A DNA stretch of 64,000 bases from Anaerolineales bacterium (GCA_025057645.1 JANXBJ010000006.1:8142-72141); one strand, 5' to 3'. Counted from the stretch's first letter, positions 37,983 through 47,836 are shown. Numbers and translations: made by a program. The notes: generated by a model not told the origin, from the letters alone.

Positions 37983-38014
37983 AAAAAAGCGGAGGTGATG
38001 CTCACCACCTCCGC
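37983..38014 (-). terminator. Rho-independent terminator for the hsp20 pair
   Basis: 9-bp stem GCGGAGGTG/CACCTCCGC. A6 at 37983-37988 becomes U6 after the hairpin on the minus strand. Confidence 0.75.
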
Positions 38015-38027
38015 TTACCGCTTTCAT

Positions 38028-38438
38028 CTACTCAGCTTTGATACTGATCTTCTTTGCTTTAGCAGCCTCGGCTTTGGGCAAGACCAGGCGCAGAACACCA
38101 TGGCGGTAAGAGGCTTCAATACGATCTTGGTCAATCTCGTTGGATAGGCGGAAGCTGCGCTGATAATCACCGATTTCATATTCCTGTAAGGCTAGAGCAT
38201 AGTTTTCCGGTTCTTTCGGCTCCACTAAAGCGTGTACGGTGAGGATATTCTTCTCTAAAGTGATGTCAATATCCTCTTCCTTCGCTCCCGGAATGTCCAT
38301 CAACAGAACTAGCGCATCGTTGGTCTCGTAGATATCTGAGCGAGGTAGGAAGGTGACGCGATCACGAGTTAGTTCGGTTCCTTCGCTCAGAGCGACTTCT
38401 TGTTTTTCAGCATCAAGGGCTTTTTCGCTGTCGGGCAT
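38028..38438 (-). CDS. Hsp20/alpha-crystallin small heat-shock protein
   Basis: Alpha-crystallin domain (DIYETNDALVLLMDIPG...GVLRLVLPK). GGAGGTG Shine-Dalgarno. Confidence 0.9.
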   Translation of the reverse strand: MPDSEKALDAEKQEVALSEGTELTRDRVTFLPRSDIYETNDALVLLMDIPGAKEEDIDITLEKNILTVHALVEPKEPENYALALQEYEIGDYQRSFRLSNEIDQDRIEASYRHGVLRLVLPKAEAAKAKKISIKAE

Positions 38439-38455
38439 GGCTTCACCTCCGCTTT

Positions 38456-38896
38456 TTATTTGGCGACAACCTTAATCTTCTTGGGTTTTTCTTCCTCTTT
38501 GCGCGGCAAGTTGATGGTGATGACACCGTTTTCAAAACTTGCTTCCACTTTATTGGCATCCACGGCAAAGGGCAATTGAATCGAACGGGCGAACTTGCCA
38601 CAGCCTCGCTCGCGCCGGTGATAGCGAACCTCTTCGCCCACTTGCTCTGGCAAGCGCTCTCCACTAATAGTCAGCAAATCATTGACGACGCTAACATCGA
38701 TATCCTCAGGTTTGATGCCCGGAACTTCGGCCGTAACAACGATGCCTTCATCACTGACCCACAAATTCATTGCCGGGAAAGAGGGCGCAGGCTGAACGCG
38801 GCGGGGCTGAAAGCTCTCCAGCAATCGATTCATCTCGCGCTGCAGACGCTCGACCTCTTGCCAAATCGAAGGAGCACGATATCTTCGATAATACAT
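38456..38896 (-). CDS. Hsp20/alpha-crystallin small heat-shock protein
   Basis: Alpha-crystallin domain (MNLWVSDEGIVVTAEVPG...NGVITINLPR). ATG at 38896 after GGAGGAGG (the ORF opens at 38965). Confidence 0.9.
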   Translation of the reverse strand: MYYRRYRAPSIWQEVERLQREMNRLLESFQPRRVQPAPSFPAMNLWVSDEGIVVTAEVPGIKPEDIDVSVVNDLLTISGERLPEQVGEEVRYHRRERGCGKFARSIQLPFAVDANKVEASFENGVITINLPRKEEEKPKKIKVVAK

Positions 38897-38912
38897 TTTT
38901 GACCTCCTCCTA

Positions 38913-38941
38913 AGAGTTTGTCTTAATCTTAGACAAGCTCT
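38913..38941. promoter_or_regulatory. 11-N7-11 inverted repeat AGAGTTTGTCT-N7-AGACAAGCTCT just upstream of the hsp20 Shine-Dalgarno
   Basis: 10 of 11 positions are complementary. HAIR-like spacing (7-nt spacer, TTGnnT/AnnCAA core). Confidence 0.45.
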
Positions 38942-39201
38942 GTAAAAAGGGTATAGACAAAACATTAGAAAATCATCTAACTCTCAAGGAGGAACGTGAG
39001 AAGAAAAGGTCATTCGACCAAAGAAAACCTCTCGGTAAATCACCATCAGCGCCTCGTACAAAGAAACCATGGCATTAGAGCGCCTCAAAGAGCTCTTAGG
39101 TTATATTAACAATATAGTGTTAGGCTTTTTTAGCTTGGACCGTCACAATCAATCGCCGCATCCTTCACCGAGGAATTCCAAATTTTCTGTATTGAGGTCG
39201 G

Positions 39202-39210
39202 TGATAGAAT
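39202..39210 (+). promoter_or_regulatory. Extended -10 (TGaTAGAAT), 6 nt upstream of the cbpA-like ATG (leaderless-type)
   Basis: TGATAGAAT-atggtt-ATGCAG, where [12 protein letters not shown] begins the J-domain. Confidence 0.45.
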
Positions 39211-39216
39211 ATGGTT

Positions 39217-40185
39217 ATGCAGTTTCGCGATTATTACCAAATCTTAGGAGTGGATAAAAACGCAACAGAAGCCGAGATCAAGAAGGCTTACCGGAAGCTA
39301 GCGCGCAAATATCACCCGGACGTCAACCCAGGGGATAAAGCCGCCGAAGAAAAATTCAAAGAGATCAACGAAGCCTATGAAGTGCTTTCCGACCCGGTAA
39401 AACGGGAGAAGTACGACCGATTCGGCGCACAGTGGCGGCAATTCGAGCGCGCCGGTGGGCGGCCGGAAGACTTCGACTGGTCCGCCTGGACCACCCAACC
39501 GGGCGGGAGAACTTACACGCGCACAGTTACGCCAGAAGAATTCGAGGAGATGTTCGGTGGCGGATTCAGCGGCTTTTCCGACTTCTTCGAGGCCCTTTTT
39601 GGAGGGATGGGCCGCAGCGCTAGCGGTTTCGGCACTCGAACCCGCACCACCCGCCAAGCCGCCGCGCACGACATCGAATATCCGCTCCAGATCACGCTAG
39701 AAGAAGCTTTCTACGGCACCTCGCGTAAACTAGAGTTTGAAGGAGGTCGCCAGATCGAAGCACGCATCCCGCGCGGGGTAAGAACTGGCTCTAAAGTGCG
39801 CTTGAGCGGGCAAGGCGCACCTGATGCTTTCGGTCGAAGGGGTGATCTCTACTTGAAAATCGAGGTCTTGCCGCACAGCCGCTTCGAACGCGAGGGCGAT
39901 GACTTGAAGACGCAACAAACGATCGACTTATACACGGCTCTGTTGGGTGGCAAAGTAAATGTCTCGACCATCGACAAAACGGTTGAGCTGACCATTCCAC
40001 CCGAAACCCAAAACGGCAAAACTTTCCGCCTGCGCGGCTTGGGGATGCCCAATGTGAAGAACCCCGACCAGCGCGGCGATCTCTACGTCACGATCAATGT
40101 CGAGTTGCCGCGCAATCTAACTGAAGAGGAAAGGCGTCTCTTTGAGCAATTGCGCCAGCTTCGTCAACGGAGATACACTTCATGA
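39217..40185 (+). CDS. cbpA: J-domain co-chaperone without a zinc finger (CbpA-type)
   Basis: DYYQILGV...[14 protein letters not shown], a G/F-rich linker, a DnaJ C-terminal domain and no CxxCxGxG repeats. Confidence 0.85.
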   Translation: MQFRDYYQILGVDKNATEAEIKKAYRKLARKYHPDVNPGDKAAEEKFKEINEAYEVLSDPVKREKYDRFGAQWRQFERAGGRPEDFDWSAWTTQPGGRTYTRTVTPEEFEEMFGGGFSGFSDFFEALFGGMGRSASGFGTRTRTTRQAAAHDIEYPLQITLEEAFYGTSRKLEFEGGRQIEARIPRGVRTGSKVRLSGQGAPDAFGRRGDLYLKIEVLPHSRFEREGDDLKTQQTIDLYTALLGGKVNVSTIDKTVELTIPPETQNGKTFRLRGLGMPNVKNPDQRGDLYVTINVELPRNLTEEERRLFEQLRQLRQRRYTS

Positions 40186-41117
40186 TCCCGCCTGTTCTCC
40201 CGCATCGCCCAATCGAGGGCATCTCGGCTGTTCTGCTGCCTTTCCATGCCAACGGCCACCCAAACTATGAGGAATTTCTGAGACATTTGGAACGCACGGT
40301 CCAGGCGGGATTGACGCCGGCTGTCAATATGGATACCGGCTATGTGAACTTGCTCTCCAAAGCACAGCGCCGTCAGATCTTGGACTTGACGGCGCGTTTT
40401 TTATCGGGCAGACCCTTCATTGCCGGTGCATATATCGAAGGCGAGGACGGAGAGACCTTCTCCTTATACACTGAGGAAATGGATGCAATCCTCGAGCGCG
40501 GTGGAACTCCGATCTTATTTCAGTCGAGTGCCTTAGTTGCCCTCTCCGAATCGCAAGTGCTCGCCCTGCACGAGAAACTGGCTAAACGCTTTCCTAAATG
40601 GTTGATCTTTGAGCTAGGTTCTCAATTTGCTCCTTTCGGAAAAATCTACCCCTTGGAGCTCCTCTCCGAATTGATGCAAATCCCTAGCATCCTCGGCCTC
40701 AAGCACTCCTCGCTGAGCCGCCAACAGGAATGGAAACGGCTGGAACTGCGCAATCAACTGCGCCCCGAGTTCAAGATTTACACCGGCAACGACCTCGCCA
40801 TCGATATGGTGATCTACGGCAGCGACTATCTACTGGGCTTGTCGACCTTTGCGCCAGACTACTTCGCCCTGCGAGATCGCTATTGGGAGATAGGGGACGC
40901 GCGCTTCTATGAGCTGAATGACATTTTACAGTTTCTGGGTCAGTTCGCCTTTCGCCCACCGGTGCCAGCCTATAAACACTCAGCAGCCCAGTTCCTACAG
41001 TTGCGCGGCTGGCTCACGAGCGCCGAGCCGCCTCCCAACTCGCCCCGCCGCCCCGAAAGCGACCGCGAAACCCTGCAGGTTATCTTGGAAAAATTAGCTG
41101 AGTTTTCACCGCACTAA
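40182..41117 (+). CDS. DHDPS/NAL-family class I aldolase-like protein (divergent)
   Basis: TIM-barrel-like pattern with ILGLKHSS resembling the I-x-G-[IL]-K Schiff-base lysine motif. ATGA overlap with cbpA. Confidence 0.5.
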   Translation: MIPPVLPHRPIEGISAVLLPFHANGHPNYEEFLRHLERTVQAGLTPAVNMDTGYVNLLSKAQRRQILDLTARFLSGRPFIAGAYIEGEDGETFSLYTEEMDAILERGGTPILFQSSALVALSESQVLALHEKLAKRFPKWLIFELGSQFAPFGKIYPLELLSELMQIPSILGLKHSSLSRQQEWKRLELRNQLRPEFKIYTGNDLAIDMVIYGSDYLLGLSTFAPDYFALRDRYWEIGDARFYELNDILQFLGQFAFRPPVPAYKHSAAQFLQLRGWLTSAEPPPNSPRRPESDRETLQVILEKLAEFSPH

Positions 41118-41130
41118 ACGCATAGCGAAC

Positions 41131-42564
41131 ATGCCGCCCTCGGTCGTCCCCCTTGCCCAAATCCGCACCCCCGAGCAACTTGCGCGTGTCCTTAAAAAGT
41201 TAGACTTGACTTTGGGGTTTGATGCTGTTGTGGAAAAAGGGAAGAGTTCCCCCCTTGCCCAACCCTACCGCTTGCCGAATTTCACGATCGGCAACCGCTT
41301 TTGCGTCCAACCCATGGAAGGCTGGGATGGAACACCAGACGGGAAACCCAGTGAATTGACCTTTCGGCGTTGGCGCCGTTTTGGCGAGAGTGGGGCAAAA
41401 CTGATCTGGGGAGGTGAAGCGGTGGCTGTTCTGCCCGAAGGGCGCGCCAACCCCAACCAACTCCTAATCAATCTCCAGAATCTGCCCGAGCTAGCCGCCC
41501 TGCGAGAAGCGCTGGTGAAAAGCCATGCTGCCCGATGGGGCACTGAGGACCTCTTAATCGGCCTGCAACTCACCCATTCAGGGCGTTTCTGCCGTCCCTA
41601 TAGCAACCGACTCCAACCTCGCATTTTATATCATCACCCCATCTTGGATCGCAAGTTTGGCATCCCTCCAGACCATCCCGTGTTACGAGATGACGAAATC
41701 CGCCGAATTATCCAAGCCTTTATCGTTGCCGCCCGCCTAGCTGCTCAAGCCGGCTTCCACTTTGTCGATATCAAACACTGTCACGGATACCTAGGACATG
41801 AATTCCTCTCAGCAGTTGAGCGAGAGGGGGATTTTGGGGGCAGTTTCGAGAACCGCACCCGTTTTTTGCTGGAGATTGTGCAGGGAATACAAACAGAAGC
41901 CCCGGGACTCCTGATCGGCGTACGCCTCTCCGCTTTTGACTTTATCCCCTTCCGCAAGGGAGTCGACGGAGTCGGAGAACCCGAAGAATGGCCTAGAGAC
42001 CAACCGTACCCATACGCTTTTGGCGGAGATAGAACCGGGACGGGGATCGACCTCACCGAACCGCGCCAGTTCTTGGAACTGCTCCGCTCTTTGAGTGTGC
42101 GCCTGGTCAACCTCACTGCCGGAAACCCTTATGCCAACCCTCACATCCAACGCCCGGCGCAGTTTCCTCCCTCCGATGGCTACCTGCCGCCGGAGGACCC
42201 TTTGGTGGGTGTGGCTCGCCTCATTCGGGTCGCTGCGCAGCTTAAGGCGGCCTTTCCCGACTTGCTCATTGTCGGCTCGGGCTACTCCTACTTGCAAGAA
42301 TGGCTGCCCAATGTCGCCCAGCATGTTGTCCGCACGGGACAGGCCGATTTTGTCGGCTTAGGGCGGATGATGCTAGCCTATCCTCATTTGGTTGCGGATG
42401 TGCTTGAGGGTAACCCCTTGCAGCGCAAGCGCCTTTGCCGCACTTTTAGCGATTGCACCACTGCGCCGCGCAATGGATTAGTCAGCGGTTGCTACCCGCT
42501 GGATGAGTTCTACAAAAACCTGCCTCAAGCCAAGATTCTGGAGGAAATCAAGAAAAGACGATGA
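41131..42564 (+). CDS. Old Yellow Enzyme-family NADH:flavin oxidoreductase
   Basis: [21 protein letters not shown], and [12 protein letters not shown] (the H-x-x-HGYL-x-x-FLS motif). Confidence 0.8.
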   Translation: MPPSVVPLAQIRTPEQLARVLKKLDLTLGFDAVVEKGKSSPLAQPYRLPNFTIGNRFCVQPMEGWDGTPDGKPSELTFRRWRRFGESGAKLIWGGEAVAVLPEGRANPNQLLINLQNLPELAALREALVKSHAARWGTEDLLIGLQLTHSGRFCRPYSNRLQPRILYHHPILDRKFGIPPDHPVLRDDEIRRIIQAFIVAARLAAQAGFHFVDIKHCHGYLGHEFLSAVEREGDFGGSFENRTRFLLEIVQGIQTEAPGLLIGVRLSAFDFIPFRKGVDGVGEPEEWPRDQPYPYAFGGDRTGTGIDLTEPRQFLELLRSLSVRLVNLTAGNPYANPHIQRPAQFPPSDGYLPPEDPLVGVARLIRVAAQLKAAFPDLLIVGSGYSYLQEWLPNVAQHVVRTGQADFVGLGRMMLAYPHLVADVLEGNPLQRKRLCRTFSDCTTAPRNGLVSGCYPLDEFYKNLPQAKILEEIKKRR

Positions 42565-43178
42565 AGCGCGTTCTCCTGATCTCCGCTGGGCTTTTCCACC
42601 CTCCGCTCTTAGCCCGCCTCCGTTTGCAGCGATTGTTGAGCGAACAGGCAAACCTCTTGGTGCATTTCATTCGCAGCCTAGAGGACGTGCGAGAGGAGTT
42701 TTTGGATTATTCCGCTTGGGTTCTTTATTACCATCAGAAAAAACTTTCTCCACAGGCTCTAGCCCGCCTGCAAAAGTTTGTCTCCGAAGGGGGAGGGCTT
42801 TTAGCCCTCCACTCTGCAACCGCCTCGTTCAAGGACTGTCCAGCCTACTTCGAGGTTCTGGGTGGCCGTTTTCTCACCCATGGAAAAGTGACCCCCTTTG
42901 AAATCACCCCAGTCCCACAGAGCCCAATTTTTTCTGCTTTCGAACGGTTTCAAGTGCGCGATGAACTCTATGTCCATGAACTCAACCCGGCGATTCAAGT
43001 GCATTTCGTCACCGAACTGGATCAGCAGTTGGTGCCAGTTGTCTGGAGTTTTCACTATGGCAAGGGACGAGTATTATACGCCATGCCGGGACATTGCAGC
43101 TCGAGCCTCAGCCACCCAGCCTACCGAAGACTGTTGTTGCAGGGTTTGGCGTGGGTGAGTGCCGGGAGAGAAGGATAG
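42561..43178 (+). CDS. ThuA-like (trehalose-utilisation, class I GATase-like fold) protein
   Basis: [22 protein letters not shown] and [12 protein letters not shown] motifs. ATGA overlap with the upstream gene. Confidence 0.8.
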   Translation: MKRVLLISAGLFHPPLLARLRLQRLLSEQANLLVHFIRSLEDVREEFLDYSAWVLYYHQKKLSPQALARLQKFVSEGGGLLALHSATASFKDCPAYFEVLGGRFLTHGKVTPFEITPVPQSPIFSAFERFQVRDELYVHELNPAIQVHFVTELDQQLVPVVWSFHYGKGRVLYAMPGHCSSSLSHPAYRRLLLQGLAWVSAGREG

Positions 43179-43181
43179 GCG

Positions 43182-44177
43182 ATGAAACTCCGCATGGCCA
43201 TTGTCGGTTGCGGCGAGATTGCAGGTTACGTTGCTTTCCTCGCCCGCTTTGTGCCCCGCCTGCGGATAACCGCCTGTTGTGACATCGATCCCGACCGAGC
43301 GAGCCAATTTGCACGCCGTCACCGCATCCCCGCCGTGTATTCGGAGTACGACGCCTTACTCGATCGGGAACTGCTGGATGCCGTTTACTTAGCCGTGCCC
43401 CACGACCTGCACTTGCCCATGACCCTGAAGGCGGCCGAGAAAGGCAAAGCGGTTTTGCTCGAAAAGCCCCTAGCGCGCAACACCGCCGAAGGGCAGGAAC
43501 TGATCAGACGAGTTAGCGCAAACAAAGTGGGAGTAAATTATCAGTATCGTTACGACTCGGCCGCCTATGCCCTCGCTCGTGCGGTCCAAAAAGGGGAACT
43601 TGGAGAGATTTATTCGATCGTGGTCCAGGTCCCGTGGCATCGCGAGCGCCGCTATTTCGAGGAAGCCTCCTGGCACCGCTCCCTCGAAAGATCAGGCGGC
43701 GGCACCCTGCTCACCCAAGCCAGCCATTTTCTCGATTGGGCGTTTTGGGCGCTGAGAGACAAACCTCAAAGCGCAATGGGTTATACCGCCTCTTTTGCTT
43801 TTGCTGTCGAAGTGGAAACTTTAGCGCACGGGGTCGTCCAAACCCAAAAAGGAACGTTGATCAGCATCGTTTCCTCGATGGTTTGTGCCAAAGAAGAGTC
43901 GGTGAGCATTCGAGTGGACGGACAGGCTGGCTCGGCGATTTACCGCGAGAAGCCTCTGCTCACCTTAAAGTTTCAAGGGGTCAAGGTCAAAGCCGAAAAG
44001 CCGCCGCTGAGAGGCTTCCACGCTCTGCAGCGTAGCTTGGCTGCTTTCGTAGCCTGGATTTTAGACGATCGGCCCTACTTGATCCCCGCAGCCGAAGCCT
44101 TGCCTGCTCTTGCCGCCGTTGAGGCGATCTATCGCTCCGCACAAACGGGCAAACGGGAAAGCACGATCTATCGGTAA
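43182..44177 (+). CDS. Gfo/Idh/MocA-family oxidoreductase
   Basis: N-terminal Rossmann MAIVGCGEIAG, and the EKPLA motif at LLEKPLARN. Confidence 0.85.
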   Translation: MKLRMAIVGCGEIAGYVAFLARFVPRLRITACCDIDPDRASQFARRHRIPAVYSEYDALLDRELLDAVYLAVPHDLHLPMTLKAAEKGKAVLLEKPLARNTAEGQELIRRVSANKVGVNYQYRYDSAAYALARAVQKGELGEIYSIVVQVPWHRERRYFEEASWHRSLERSGGGTLLTQASHFLDWAFWALRDKPQSAMGYTASFAFAVEVETLAHGVVQTQKGTLISIVSSMVCAKEESVSIRVDGQAGSAIYREKPLLTLKFQGVKVKAEKPPLRGFHALQRSLAAFVAWILDDRPYLIPAAEALPALAAVEAIYRSAQTGKRESTIYR

Positions 44178-44371
44178 AACGGCCTCGGAGTTGCCCAGAT
44201 GATAAACCCGGAAAATTATCGCTACTTTCTCTCACACAAACCCCTCTCCCGCTGGGAGAGGAGCGGGGGTGAAGTAGAGAAGTGCCACAGATGACGATCT
44301 CTTAGCTGGGTTTTTCAACAGAGCAACTTTGGATAGATATTGGCACTCATTCTTAGATGGAGGAATTCGCA

Positions 44372-45802
44372 ATGGATCAAGAAAGAGAAAAACTGAGCTT
44401 TTGGCAAAAGCTGGGCTACGGCGTGGGGGATATCTTCGGCGGCGGTTCGGGGACGCTGATCAATTTCTTTTACCTCGTCTTCCTCACCGATGTAGTGCGC
44501 ATCAACCCTGCCTTAGCCGGCACGGTAATCCTGATCAGTAAAATTTATGACTCAGTCACCGACCCTTTCGAGGGGGTGCTTTCCGACCGCACGCGAACGC
44601 GGCTGGGCCGGCGGAGGCCTTATTTATTGGCAGGCATCTTTTTTGTTTTCTTATCCTTTTTCGCCATGTTCTATCCGATTCAAGCGCAGAGTCAAACCGC
44701 ACGCTTTGCCTTCGTCTTAGCAACCTATCTCTTTTTCTCCACCGTGGTCAGCATCGTAATGTTGAACTATAATGCGCTGCAAGCCGAGCTCAGCTTGGAC
44801 TACAACGAGCGCACTTCCCTGACCACCTTTCGCATCTTTTTCTCCACCCTCTCCTCAATCCTGTGTGCGGTCTTGCCGCTGGAAATTGTCAAAGCCTTCC
44901 CGGATGTGCGCAGCGGTTGGATCGCCATGGCAACCGTTTTCGGGTTGCTCTTTGCCTTGCCCTTTATTGCCACCGTAGCGGTCACCCGCGAGCGGCCGGA
45001 GTTTCAAAAGCCGCCGCGCCCTTTTCATTGGAAGCAGGCTTTTGTTGAGCCGTTTCAAGTGCGTACTTTTGTCTTTGTCCTTTTCATGTATGTGACTGCC
45101 TTTTCAGCCTTCGACGCTGTCTCCAGCATCGTGGTCTATTACATCAAGACCTACTTGGGTCGCGGCGAGGAAGTGAGCTTCGTCCTCGGCACCCTATTGA
45201 TCGCTCAAGTCCTTTCCCTGCCGTTCTACCAATGGCTGAGCCGCCGCACCTCCAAGCCGCGCGCTTATATTGTCGGGGCAACCGCCTTTGTGACGGTGAT
45301 GTTCTTCTCGTTTCTCATCACTCCGCTTTCGCCTACGGTTGCGCTTTACGTCTTCGCTGCGTTGGTAGGCCTGGGCTCCGGCGGGGTGGTGATGATGGTG
45401 TATGCCATCTTCCCCGATATTCCGGATGTGGACGAACTGCGCAGCGGCGAGCGGCGCGAGGGCATCTTTTCTGCCCTAACCACCTTCACCCGCAAGGTCT
45501 CTTCCGCCTTGGCGACCTTCTTGGTCGCTCAAACGCTTGCGCTCGCCGGCTACATCCCTCCGGCAATGGTCGAAGGCAGGCTGATCGAGCAAACCCAAAC
45601 GCCGCAGTTTATCCTCGCCCTGCGGCTGGTCTTCGTGCTCTTGCCGGTTGTCTTCATCTCCTTCGGCATCTACTTCGCCACCCGCTTTCCGCTCAGCGTC
45701 GAGCGCCACCAACGCCTGAAGGCGATCCTCGAACGAGCCCGTCGTGGAGAGGCGGTGGACGAAAACGAAAGACGAGAATTGTCCAAAGTCTTGATCGGTT
45801 AG
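44372..45802 (+). CDS. GPH-family (MelB/glycoside-pentoside-hexuronide) cation symporter
   Basis: KLGYGVGD at the N-terminus, the DSVTDPFEGVLSDRTRTRLGRRRPY signature loop, and 12 TM helices. ATG at 44372 after GGAGGA (the ORF opens at 44357). Confidence 0.85.
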   Translation: MDQEREKLSFWQKLGYGVGDIFGGGSGTLINFFYLVFLTDVVRINPALAGTVILISKIYDSVTDPFEGVLSDRTRTRLGRRRPYLLAGIFFVFLSFFAMFYPIQAQSQTARFAFVLATYLFFSTVVSIVMLNYNALQAELSLDYNERTSLTTFRIFFSTLSSILCAVLPLEIVKAFPDVRSGWIAMATVFGLLFALPFIATVAVTRERPEFQKPPRPFHWKQAFVEPFQVRTFVFVLFMYVTAFSAFDAVSSIVVYYIKTYLGRGEEVSFVLGTLLIAQVLSLPFYQWLSRRTSKPRAYIVGATAFVTVMFFSFLITPLSPTVALYVFAALVGLGSGGVVMMVYAIFPDIPDVDELRSGERREGIFSALTTFTRKVSSALATFLVAQTLALAGYIPPAMVEGRLIEQTQTPQFILALRLVFVLLPVVFISFGIYFATRFPLSVERHQRLKAILERARRGEAVDENERRELSKVLIG

Positions 45803-45811
45803 GGGAGGCCG

Positions 45812-47836
45812 ATGACCACTGTTCATACCCTGCCCGATTACCAAATTCATCCTGTGGGCTCGCCACCCGAGGGCTATCCCCGCCGGGTCGTTCCCGATAC
45901 TTTTGCCGAAGAACCCTTTCTGCCCAGCTATTCTCAGCGCCGCAAAGCGTTCCTACAGCACCTTCTGCGCAATCCGGCGCCGACCAATACCAAAGCTGTT
46001 TGGCATGAGCTAGGGCGTCTGGCAGCGGGCGGTGTTGCTCACCCGGGGGTCTTTCTGGCAACGCTTGATTTCATTGACGCACATAAGGACTGCGCCGATT
46101 TCGCCTTGCACGGTGTCCTGCGCTGGGTGTACCAGTTCAACCCTACCCAACCCCGACTATTATCCGGCGAAGGTGTGCAAGCCATTTTCCATCCGCCGTT
46201 CGATGAAGAGCTGCTCAACCGGGCTCACCGGACGATCTTGGGCTTCAAGTATTTCCCTGACGAGCCGGGCATCGACTCATTGTGCACCTGGACTGAAAAT
46301 CATTACATCCTTTATACCTCGGCAGCCTACTTGGCGGGCCAGTTTTTCCCCGAGGAGACGTTCTCCAATTCGGGCGAGAAAGGCTGGCAGAAAGTGGAGA
46401 AGAACCGGAAACGCATTCTGCGCTGGCTGGACTTGCGCCTGCGCACAGGCTTCTCGGAATGGCTTTCCCACGTCTACTATGACGAAGACCTAGCCGCCTT
46501 GCTCGCTTTGCGCGACTTTGCCCAAGACCTTGAGATGCGTCAAAAAGCAGAAAACGTGATTCACCTCTTGCTGTTGGACATAGCCCTGAACAGCTTCCGC
46601 GGCGTGTTTGGCTCAACGCACGGCCGAGCCTACGGCAACACCAAGAAATGGGCCTCCCAAGAAGGCACTACCGATACCACCAAACTCCTCTTTGGGATGG
46701 GAATATTTTCTGGGTTTGACAACATGAGTGCAGTCGCCTTTGCCCTGAGCGGCTACACCCTGCCACCTGCCATCGAAGCCATCGCCCAGGATCAAAACCG
46801 CCCAGAAATGCTCAACCGCCAACGCATGGGCATCCGCTTGGCAGAAATGGAGCGTTGGGGTTTGTCTCCCGACAATATCGAGGATGGAATGCATCTCCTG
46901 ACCCTAGAAGCCTACATGCACCCACGCACGGCTGAGTTGGTCTTGCGCATGTTTGATCGGTTCAATTGGTATGAGAACAGCTTCTTCGCTGTCTTCAAGA
47001 AATACCGCTGGCTGATCCGCCTCTTGCGCGCCACCCGTTTGCTAAAGCCGCTCGCCAAAGCCTTGGAGTGGGATCTGTGCCGCAACACGCGAGAACAGGT
47101 GGACATTGTCACCTATCGCACGCCCGACTACATGCTGTCGTCGGCTGTCGATTACCGCCCTGGCTTCGGCGGCGACCAGCAGCACATCTGGCAAGCCACC
47201 TTGGCGCCGAATGCGGTGTGCTTCACCACCCATCCCGGCAACATCGGCGGCAAAACGCCGGATAAGTGGGCTGGTTCGGGGGTCTTGCCCCGCGTGGCGC
47301 AGGTCAAGAACGTGGTAATTGCCATTTATCATCTTCAACGAAAGCTGGCGCTGTATGTTCCCATTCGCCACTTCTACACTCACGCCTGGTTGCCCAAACG
47401 GGAATTTGACGAAGTGGTCGAACGGGGCAACTGGGTTTTTGTCCGCAAGGGGAAGTCCTACTTAGCCCTCTATTCTCACTTGCCGACCTACTGGCAGACC
47501 GAAGGGGAAGACCGAGACGCGGAGCTGATCGCCAAGGGCAAGGATAACATCTGGATTTGCGAGCTAAGCTCAGAAGCGGAAGTCGGCTCGTTTGCCAATT
47601 TTCAGCAACGCATTCTCGCCGCGCCGCTTCGGGTGTATGGCTTGGATGTCGAGTACGACTCTCCCGCGCAAGGAAAGTTGCGCTTTGGCTGGCGGGGCCC
47701 GTTGCTCCAGAATGGACAAGAAGTGAACTTACACCCAAACGTTCGCTATGACAATCCTTATCTCTCTGTCCCCTTTGAAGTATCAGAGCTGAACATCAAA
47801 GCCAAGAGCGAGTCTCTGCGCATCCCTATCTATTGA
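45812..47836 (+). CDS. Large cytoplasmic protein of unrecognised family (helix-rich N-half, beta-rich C-half)
   Basis: 674-aa ORF with a GGGGAGG Shine-Dalgarno and no signal peptide. It is the last gene of the sugar locus, and I could not assign a motif with confidence. Confidence 0.6.
   Translation: MTTVHTLPDYQIHPVGSPPEGYPRRVVPDTFAEEPFLPSYSQRRKAFLQHLLRNPAPTNTKAVWHELGRLAAGGVAHPGVFLATLDFIDAHKDCADFALHGVLRWVYQFNPTQPRLLSGEGVQAIFHPPFDEELLNRAHRTILGFKYFPDEPGIDSLCTWTENHYILYTSAAYLAGQFFPEETFSNSGEKGWQKVEKNRKRILRWLDLRLRTGFSEWLSHVYYDEDLAALLALRDFAQDLEMRQKAENVIHLLLLDIALNSFRGVFGSTHGRAYGNTKKWASQEGTTDTTKLLFGMGIFSGFDNMSAVAFALSGYTLPPAIEAIAQDQNRPEMLNRQRMGIRLAEMERWGLSPDNIEDGMHLLTLEAYMHPRTAELVLRMFDRFNWYENSFFAVFKKYRWLIRLLRATRLLKPLAKALEWDLCRNTREQVDIVTYRTPDYMLSSAVDYRPGFGGDQQHIWQATLAPNAVCFTTHPGNIGGKTPDKWAGSGVLPRVAQVKNVVIAIYHLQRKLALYVPIRHFYTHAWLPKREFDEVVERGNWVFVRKGKSYLALYSHLPTYWQTEGEDRDAELIAKGKDNIWICELSSEAEVGSFANFQQRILAAPLRVYGLDVEYDSPAQGKLRFGWRGPLLQNGQEVNLHPNVRYDNPYLSVPFEVSELNIKAKSESLRIPIY

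Noticed and set aside
39069-39110. CIRCE/HrcA operator search near the heat-shock genes. A 10-bp palindrome AAGAGCTCTT occurs at 39088-39097.
   Set aside because: There is no TTAGCACTC-N9-GAGTGCTAA-like sequence. A 10-bp palindrome is expected by chance many times in 64 kb.
45232-46493. Several 120-260-aa ORFs (45232-46008 and 46032-46493 on plus; 45476-45850 and 45693-46061 on minus) overlapping the GPH transporter and the 674-aa gene.
   Set aside because: They are Arg/Pro/Gly/Ala-rich alternative-frame products of a GC-rich stretch. The annotated frames have clear family motifs or a ribosome-binding site.
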